From: a virus
Taxonomy: Duplodnaviria; Heunggongvirae; Uroviricota; Caudoviricetes
Virus record (IMG/VR): IMGVR_UViG_2711768006_000001
Length of the DNA: 6,334 bases
Reading direction: 5' to 3' (one strand)
Shown: positions 1 to 5,335 of the stretch, one piece after another
Numbering within the stretch: position 1 is the stretch's first letter
Layout of the letters: each line of letters begins with the position of its first letter
Position numbers and translations under genes: made by a program
The notes under the pieces: generated by a model
Seen by the model: only the letters and a program-made list of their open reading frames with translations
The model's database searches: none
What the model was told of the DNA's origin: nothing

Positions 1-25
1 CAAAACTCAGCTCACCGTCGAACAC
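1..25 (-). CDS. T: Start of the gpT portion of the G-T tail assembly chaperone fusion, reached by -1 frameshift; partial, continues beyond the window start
   Basis: The -1 frame after the slippery heptamer at 25-31 stays open to position 1 (reads G-K-V-F-D-G-E-L-S-F). Lambda annotates G-T as a join that re-reads the last base of the heptamer, which corresponds to position 25 here. Confidence 0.6.
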
Positions 26-429
26 TTTCCCGCAGAAACAGGCTCTGCAGGCCCGGCGTCCTCTGCCTGTTCAGGAGCATCATTCACCACAAACTCATAC
101 ATACCGGACAGCCGGTACACCACGTTTTCAGCATGAGAAATTGCCTCTGTGGGCCAGGTGGTAAGCACTTCCTGCTCAATCTGTTTAACGGCTTCATTCA
201 TGGACGGCATCTGCGTCTTCTTCGGATGGTTATGCCACAGGGACATCGCAACCACAAAAGCGCCGGTTCTGATGGCGTCTTCCACAGTAAACTTCCGGTT
301 GCTGTCTGACTCCGCCTGTTCTGCCTGCCGTTTCATCAGGTCGAGATGCTCAATACGCTGCAGGGCTGACAGTTCAGAAAGCGTGACGGTCACACCGTTA
401 TGTTCAAATGATTCGGTTTTCAGGAACAT
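7..429 (-). CDS. G: Tail assembly chaperone gpG (140 aa)
   Basis: ORF translation MFLKTESFEHNGVTVTLSELSALQRIEHL...PVSAGKCSTVS matches my recollection of lambda gpG. Length 423 nt including stop equals lambda G. ATG at 427-429, with GGAGAG about 9 nt upstream; TGA stop at 7-9. Confidence 0.92.
   Translation of the reverse strand: MFLKTESFEHNGVTVTLSELSALQRIEHLDLMKRQAEQAESDSNRKFTVEDAIRTGAFVVAMSLWHNHPKKTQMPSMNEAVKQIEQEVLTTWPTEAISHAENVVYRLSGMYEFVVNDAPEQAEDAGPAEPVSAGKCSTVS
25..31 (-). other. Programmed -1 ribosomal frameshift slippery heptamer G GGA AAG (G-T recoding site)
   Basis: Plus strand 25-31 is ctttccc, so the minus strand reads GGGAAAG, in G frame as G|GGA|AAG. It sits 6 codons before the G stop, as in lambda. 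Confidence 0.85.
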
Positions 430-444
430 CGCTGACTCTCCGGA

Positions 445-1185
445 TTAACTGGCGGTGACGTTGATTTCTGCAACCGCAGCAAACTCACCATTACCAGATA
501 CGACCGGAATGTTGACCTTGCCTGCAGCAACACCTTTCACGGTGATGGTCATACCACTGACCGACACGGTGGCTTTTGTTTTATCCGCAGACACCGCACG
601 GAAGCTCTTGTCGGTTGCGCCATCCGGCTGGAATGCCACGGTCAGCGTGGTGCTCTGCCCTTTCACTACGGAAGCACTGGCGGGTGTCACCGTCATGCCG
701 GTCGTCGCCGTCACCGTGCTGCGATCTTCTGCCATCGACGGACGTCCCACATTGGTGACCTTCACCGTGCGGGTAATCACCTCCTTCGCCGTCACCGCCT
801 TACCGATACTGCTGACCCAGCCACGGAACACATCGACCGTGCCGTTCGGGAAGCGGATTTTATAGGCACGGGTATCACCTTCATTAAACCACGCCAGCAG
901 CGCCTGCTGCCCCTGCTCTCCGGGCATCCACGCCAGCGTGAAGCTGGTATCTCCGGCAGATTTCTGCCCCTGCCCGGTCGCAGTCCAGTCCGCATCTTCA
1001 TCATCGAGATAGCTGTCGTCATAGGACTCAGCGGTCAGTTCGCCGGGCGTCAGGTCTTTAACTTTTGCCAGACGCGACCAGTCAACGTCTGAAAGCGGGT
1101 TCGCATAAGGGTCACCGCTCCCCTTATAAACCCACAGGGTGGTCCCGGCACCTTTCACCGGCATTGTAGGATTTGGTACAGGCAT
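445..1185 (-). CDS. V: Major tail tube protein gpV (246 aa) with C-terminal Ig-like domain
   Basis: Translation from the internal ATG at 1183-1185 begins [31 protein letters not shown], which is the lambda gpV N-terminus. GAGGA lies 7 nt upstream. Length 741 nt equals lambda V. The track's longer ORF (start 1215) would overlap the U stop and is not the real start. Confidence 0.93.
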   Translation of the reverse strand: MPVPNPTMPVKGAGTTLWVYKGSGDPYANPLSDVDWSRLAKVKDLTPGELTAESYDDSYLDDEDADWTATGQGQKSAGDTSFTLAWMPGEQGQQALLAWFNEGDTRAYKIRFPNGTVDVFRGWVSSIGKAVTAKEVITRTVKVTNVGRPSMAEDRSTVTATTGMTVTPASASVVKGQSTTLTVAFQPDGATDKSFRAVSADKTKATVSVSGMTITVKGVAAGKVNIPVVSGNGEFAAVAEINVTAS

Positions 1186-1192
1186 AGCGTCC

Positions 1193-1342
1193 TCACATTT
1201 CATAGGTAATGACATAAGTCAGATCGGCTGAACTCCACAGGCCCGCATCATCGTCGCGCCGGTAGTCATAGCCGCTGGCCACCATACTGGTGATCAAATC
1301 TGACAGTGCCGGGATATCGCTCATCACAGGATAAATCCGGGA
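1193..1342 (-). CDS. U: Tail tube terminator gpU, C-terminal 49 codons only; upstream part disrupted or missing
   Basis: Minus-strand translation gives [49 protein letters not shown] then TGA at 1193-1195, 7 nt before the V start (same spacing as lambda). Upstream of 1342 the frame hits tandem TAA codons at 1346-1351. Confidence 0.7.
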   Translation of the reverse strand, partial: SRIYPVMSDIPALSDLITSMVASGYDYRRDDDAGLWSSADLTYVITYEM

Positions 1343-1375
1343 CNTTTATTACCATTCTCAGTTGATGCTGCAGCG

Positions 1376-1553
1376 NNNNNNNNNNNNNNNNNNNNNNNNN
1401 NNNNNNNNNNNNNNNNNNNNNNNNNNNNNNNNNNNNNNNNNNNNNNNNNNNNNNNNNNNNNNNNNNNNNNNNNNNNNNNNNNNNNNNNNNNNNNNNNNNN
1501 NNNNNNNNNNNNNNNNNNNNNNNNNNNNNNNNNNNNNNNNNNNNNNNNNNNNN
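1376..1553. other. Assembly gap or masked region (178 N) covering the U 5' part, the Z/U junction and the Z 3' part
   Basis: Run of n; flanked by partial U on the left and the Z N-terminus on the right. Confidence 0.95.
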
Positions 1554-1746
1554 TGGCCCTTTTCAGCCTGGCCCTTTCCTTTACCAGTTTCCGGCGTACC
1601 TTTGTCTCACGGGCAACCTGTGACGCAGACTGCGATATCGCGGATGAAGCAACGCGGTTAATGGCCATTGCGGCGGCACCGGGCACCGCCGTTTTGCTGA
1701 TACGGCTGAGGTTTTCAACGGCCTGCTCAAGACCTTTTATGGCCAT
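1554..1746 (-). CDS. Z: Tail completion protein gpZ, N-terminal 64 codons; remainder in gap
   Basis: Translation MAIKGLEQAVENLSRISKTAVPGAAAMAINRVASSAISQSASQVARETKVRRKLVKERARLKRA matches the lambda gpZ N-terminus. ATG at 1744-1746, with AAGGGGGA 5 nt upstream and 11 nt after the FII stop. Confidence 0.88.
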
Positions 1747-1757
1747 ACATCCCCCTT

Positions 1758-2111
1758 TCAGCGGCGACGGTTAACGGCAGGCGGTACGCCCCGTCCAAGC
1801 CAGAGATGACAACTTCCGCCATCATCCGGCGAAACCCGATCTACCCAGAAATTTTCCTCACCGATGGTCAGCGTGTCTCCACGCCGCAGCTGCCGCACCT
1901 CATCAGTCCGGACAAACAGGGACGGGCTGGAGCCTTCAACGCGCACGCCCTGTCCGGCATAGCTGATATTTTCAGGGTCATCAAAAACACCACGTATCAC
2001 CGCACCTGACTGCTCACCGGATGTCATGGTGGCTGACGTTCCCATGTACCCGCGTATCGTTTCATCGGCGCGGGCAATGGCAGCATCGAACAGGTTATCG
2101 AAATCAGCCAC
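1758..2111 (-). CDS. FII: Head-tail joining protein gpFII (117 aa), GTG start
   Basis: Translation (M)ADFDNLFDAAIARADETIRGYMGTS...WLGRGVPPAVNRRR matches lambda gpFII. Start codon is GTG (reverse complement of cac at 2109-2111), with GGGAGG 5 nt upstream. Length 354 nt equals lambda FII. Confidence 0.92.
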   Translation of the reverse strand: MADFDNLFDAAIARADETIRGYMGTSATMTSGEQSGAVIRGVFDDPENISYAGQGVRVEGSSPSLFVRTDEVRQLRRGDTLTIGEENFWVDRVSPDDGGSCHLWLGRGVPPAVNRRR

Positions 2112-2122
2112 AGCGCCTCCCG

Positions 2123-2521
2123 TTATTGCATTCTGGCCAGGCCGCGCTCTGTCATTTCGGCTGCCACACCGGCAGAGACACGAAACGCCGTTCCCGGCAG
2201 CACAAATGCCACAGGTTTATCCCGCGTGGCGTGAAGTGCATCAGTATGCAGCGTCACCAGTGCCACGACCGTGACCAGTTCAGCCGTATCCTGAATCACG
2301 GTATCCGGCTGCGCTGATACCACCTCATTTTCATGCCCGGTCAGCACATTTTCCCGGCTGAGAGGGGTGTCCTGACCGGCAGTTTCATCCGTGTCATCAA
2401 GCTCTTCTTCCAGCTCTGCCACACGAAGCGCCAGTTCTTCTTTCGTTCCCGTCAAACTGACATCGCGGTTCAATTGCTCACCCAGCTCCTGAAGACGGGC
2501 AATCAGTTCATCTTTCGTCAT
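2123..2521 (-). CDS. FI: DNA packaging / head assembly accessory protein gpFI (132 aa)
   Basis: Translation from the ATG at 2519-2521 is MTKDELIARLQELGEQLNRDVSLTGTKEELALRVAELEEELDDTDETAGQD..., the lambda gpFI N-terminus. GGAGGAG SD upstream. Length 399 nt equals lambda FI; 11 nt gap to FII. Confidence 0.9.
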   Translation of the reverse strand: MTKDELIARLQELGEQLNRDVSLTGTKEELALRVAELEEELDDTDETAGQDTPLSRENVLTGHENEVVSAQPDTVIQDTAELVTVVALVTLHTDALHATRDKPVAFVLPGTAFRVSAGVAAEMTERGLARMQ

Positions 2522-2542
2522 GAACTCCTCCACAGAGAGAAA

Positions 2543-2560
2543 ATGGCCCCGAAGGGCCAT
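2543..2560 (-). other. Perfect 7-bp GC-rich hairpin with UUCG tetraloop in the E-FI intergenic region
   Basis: Minus strand reads AUGGCCC-UUCG-GGGCCAU, starting 2 nt after the E stop (TAA at 2563-2565). It is followed by UUUCUCUCU and then the FI SD GGAGGAG. Confidence 0.6.
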
Positions 2561-2562
2561 GA

Positions 2563-3588
2563 TTACGCCAGTTGAACGGACACGAACTCATCAGGATCAG
2601 CCAGCAGCATCAGCGGTGCTGACTGAATCATGGTGAACTCACGCGCCGGATCGCCGGTGGTCACCCAGTTTTTCGGGTAACGGGCAGAAGCGTTAATGCC
2701 TTCGCGCTGTGCGTCCGCATCCTGAATGCAGCCATAGGTGCGCAGACCGCGAGCCTGAGTGTTCCCCAGCACCATCGTGTTGTCCGGCAGGAAGTTCTTT
2801 TTGACGCCGTTTTCCACGTACTGTCCGGAATACACGACGATGGCCACATCGCCATACATTCCCTTATAGGACACCGCTTTGCCCAGGTCTTTTACCGCTG
2901 TCTCCAGCTCGGAATGAGAGCCGCGACGGGTATCCAGCTTCTCCTTGACGGCTTTGAAGGAACGGAACAGCGCCCAGCCTTTCGGATCGAACACGATGAT
3001 ATTCACCACACCGCTGGCGTTCAGCGCGTAGGCTTCGATATCGTCGGTCGGGTCATACGTGGACTTGTCACGCTTGCTCCACTCCGTACCGCCGGACTGC
3101 GTGATGTTGTTCGCCGCACTGCGGCCCATATCCACCTCAACCGGATCGAAGGCTTCACCGGTCATGGTGTATTTGCCCTTGAGCACGGCAGAAACTGCCT
3201 GCATCTCTTCGACCTGAGCAATGGCCAGCTCTTCGTCACGCATGTTCTGCATGATGATGCGACGGCGGCGGTAAGCCGGGTCCGCCAGATTCTGCGGATC
3301 TTCATCCGGCAGGCGACGCAGGGTCATCTGCGGATTCACCTCATGCTTGGGTTTGACATATCCCGGCGTAAATTCAGAGGTGGAGCCGCCACGGGAACGG
3401 ATAACCTCACCGGAAACAATCGGCGAAACGTACAGCGCCATGTTTACCAGTCCCGGAATTTGTGAGAGATAGACTTTCTCCGTGGTGAAGGGATAGCTCT
3501 CACGGAAAAAGAGACGCAGAAACAGCGGATCAAACTTAAATTTCTGCTCATTTGCCGCCAGCAGCTGGGCGGTTGTGTACATCGACAT
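2563..3588 (-). CDS. E: Major capsid protein gpE (341 aa, HK97 fold)
   Basis: Translation from the ATG at 3586-3588 is MSMYTTAQLLAANEQKFKFDPLFLRLFFRESYPFTTEKVYLSQIPGLVNMALYVSPIVSGE...DPDEFVSVQLA, the lambda gpE sequence. Length 1026 nt equals lambda E. The track's upstream extension (MWLFLRDFF) lies in the D-E intergenic region. Confidence 0.95.
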   Translation of the reverse strand: MSMYTTAQLLAANEQKFKFDPLFLRLFFRESYPFTTEKVYLSQIPGLVNMALYVSPIVSGEVIRSRGGSTSEFTPGYVKPKHEVNPQMTLRRLPDEDPQNLADPAYRRRRIIMQNMRDEELAIAQVEEMQAVSAVLKGKYTMTGEAFDPVEVDMGRSAANNITQSGGTEWSKRDKSTYDPTDDIEAYALNASGVVNIIVFDPKGWALFRSFKAVKEKLDTRRGSHSELETAVKDLGKAVSYKGMYGDVAIVVYSGQYVENGVKKNFLPDNTMVLGNTQARGLRTYGCIQDADAQREGINASARYPKNWVTTGDPAREFTMIQSAPLMLLADPDEFVSVQLA

Positions 3589-3621
3589 AAAAAAATCCCG
3601 TAAAAAAAGCCACACAGGCGG

Positions 3622-4019
3622 NNNNNNNNNNNNNNNNNNNNNNNNNNNNNNNNNNNNNNNNNNNNNNNNNNNNNNNNNNNNNNNNNNNNNNNNNNNNNNN
3701 NNNNNNNNNNNNNNNNNNNNNNNNNNNNNNNNNNNNNNNNNNNNNNNNNNNNNNNNNNNNNNNNNNNNNNNNNNNNNNNNNNNNNNNNNNNNNNNNNNNN
3801 NNNNNNNNNNNNNNNNNNNNNNNNNNNNNNNNNNNNNNNNNNNNNNNNNNNNNNNNNNNNNNNNNNNNNNNNNNNNNNNNNNNNNNNNNNNNNNNNNNNN
3901 NNNNNNNNNNNNNNNNNNNNNNNNNNNNNNNNNNNNNNNNNNNNNNNNNNNNNNNNNNNNNNNNNNNNNNNNNNNNNNNNNNNNNNNNNNNNNNNNNNNN
4001 NNNNNNNNNNNNNNNNNNN
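3622..4019. other. Assembly gap or masked region (398 N) covering most of D and the distal D-E intergenic region
   Basis: Run of n between the D N-terminus (4020-4115) and E-proximal intergenic sequence (3589-3621). Confidence 0.95.
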
Positions 4020-4115
4020 CGCTTTCGCACTCAATCCGCCGGGCGCGGTTGCGGTATGAGCCGGGTCACTGTTGCCCAGCGGCTGGTAATGGGTAAAGGT
4101 TTCTTTGCTCGTCAT
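4020..4115 (-). CDS. D: Head decoration protein gpD, N-terminal 32 codons; remainder in gap
   Basis: Translation from the ATG at 4113-4115 is [32 protein letters not shown], the lambda gpD N-terminus. AAGGGA SD upstream; 9 nt after the C stop (TAA at 4125-4127), the same spacing as lambda. Confidence 0.88.
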
Positions 4116-4124
4116 AAACATCCC

Positions 4125-4609
4125 TTACACTGGTGTGTTCAGCAAATCGTTAACGGCATCAGATGCCGGGTTACCTGCAGCCAGCGGTGCCGGTGCCCCC
4201 TGCATCAGACGATCCAGCGCAGTGTCACTGCGCGTCTGTGCACTCTGTGGTGCTGCGGCCAGAATACGGCGGGCCGTTTCCACGGTCATACCGGGGGTTT
4301 CGGCCAGCACGCGTGCCTGTTCTTCGCGTCCGTGAGCCTCCTCACAGTTGAGGATCCCCATAATGCGACTGTTTTCTGCCGCAACCGCTGCGGTGATCTG
4401 CGCGTTCACGTCCGGCTGCGCCGCGCTGGCGTTCTCGCCCTCCGTCGCTTGCACCACGCCAGTAACGTCAGCCTGCGAAGCAGTGGCTGAAACAGTTGTT
4501 GATTGAGTCTCTTTGGTCATTCGCCCTCCTGAGAGACGGGATTTACGTGCATCCAGTGCATCACGCATGACGGTGATCGCATCGGTACTGTTAACAAGTT
4601 CATCAGCCN
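4125..4609 (-). CDS. C: gpC C-terminal portion, which is also the scaffold protein Nu3 C-terminal portion (nested in-frame gene); 5' part in gap
   Basis: Translation ADELVNSTDAITVMRDALDARKSRLSGGRMTKETQSTTVSATASQADVTG...AGNPASDAVNDLLNTPV matches the shared lambda gpC/Nu3 C-terminus. The Nu3 internal start would lie in the gap. Confidence 0.88.
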
Positions 4610-4924
4610 NNNNNNNNNNNNNNNNNNNNNNNNNNNNNNNNNNNNNNNNNNNNNNNNNNNNNNNNNNNNNNNNNNNNNNNNNNNNNNNNNNNNNNNNNNN
4701 NNNNNNNNNNNNNNNNNNNNNNNNNNNNNNNNNNNNNNNNNNNNNNNNNNNNNNNNNNNNNNNNNNNNNNNNNNNNNNNNNNNNNNNNNNNNNNNNNNNN
4801 NNNNNNNNNNNNNNNNNNNNNNNNNNNNNNNNNNNNNNNNNNNNNNNNNNNNNNNNNNNNNNNNNNNNNNNNNNNNNNNNNNNNNNNNNNNNNNNNNNNN
4901 NNNNNNNNNNNNNNNNNNNNNNNN
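4610..4924. other. Assembly gap or masked region (315 N) inside gene C, including the expected Nu3 start
   Basis: Run of n; both flanks are in-register pieces of lambda gpC. Confidence 0.95.
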
Positions 4925-5335
4925 CACCATTCCGCCCGGTGTGTCCATATCGAGCAGAATGCCGTCCACCATCGGGTCGCTGGCAGCCTGTTGCAGACGG
5001 GCGATAATGCCGTTGTAACCGGTCATCCCCGAGTACGGCTGCAGCGCCCGCGTCCGGCTGACCAGCGTGCCGGACACCGGCAGCACGGCGATGCCGTTCA
5101 TTACCTGATAACTGCGGGCCTGTCGTGGTCCGTCATCATCACCGGATAACGCCAGCGCCGCGGGTGCCTCTCCGGCAGTCAGGCTGTCGCCGGATACTGC
5201 ATCCGTCAGGCAGCTGATCCCAAGCTGGCCTGCAAGCGCACAAAAGAAAACCCGCGCATAGGCGGGTTCAAGCATCAGCGGCTCATTAAAAGCCATGCTG
5301 GCAATATGCGGGAGATTACGCAGCTCTGCTGTCAC
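4925..5335 (-). CDS. C: gpC N-terminal portion (head maturation protease / minor capsid protein C), GTG start, 137 codons before gap
   Basis: Translation from the GTG at 5333-5335 is (M)TAELRNLPHIASMAFNEPLMLEPAYARVFFCALAGQLGIS...DPMVDGILLDMDTPGGMV, the lambda gpC N-terminus. GGAGGAG SD 4-5 nt upstream. Overlaps the B 3' end by 20 nt as in lambda. The track's extension to 5470 is B coding sequence read in the C frame. Confidence 0.88.

Noticed and set aside
149-865. Plus-strand ORFs 149-448, 455-865 and 576-758
   Set aside because: They are antisense to G and V, with Cys/Arg/Ser-rich low-complexity translations and no start-site signals, so they are frame artefacts.
792-1022. 76-aa minus-strand ORF in an alternate frame inside V
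   Set aside because: Fully nested out of frame in gpV with an Arg-rich artefactual translation. Lambda has no known overlapping gene here.
1324-1746. Track ORF of 140 aa that joins the Z N-terminus through the N-run to a short AAASTENGNK-X-PGFIL tail
   Set aside because: Continuity across the 178-nt N-run is an artefact of translating n as X. Only the Z N-terminal 64 codons are real, and the tail lies in a different frame from U.
2021-2575. Plus-strand ORFs 2021-2317, 2026-2274 and 2333-2575 opposite FII and FI
   Set aside because: Antisense to well-supported genes, with basic low-complexity translations. No evidence for function.
2914-3465. 183-aa plus-strand ORF antisense to gene E
   Set aside because: It lies entirely inside the confidently identified E gene on the opposite strand, has no convincing RBS, and its R/H/G-rich composition is typical of antisense frames in GC-rich coding DNA.
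3444-4121. Track ORFs spanning the 398-nt N-run (3444-4121, 3548-4030, 3575-4096)
   Set aside because: They exist only because N translates as X without stops. 3444-4121 joins the D N-terminus to an out-of-frame read into E. These are not genes.
4056-4490. Plus-strand ORFs 4056-4490, 4105-4335 and 4163-4351 opposite the C/Nu3 3' region
   Set aside because: Antisense to a confidently identified gene, with Arg/Cys-rich composition and no RBS.
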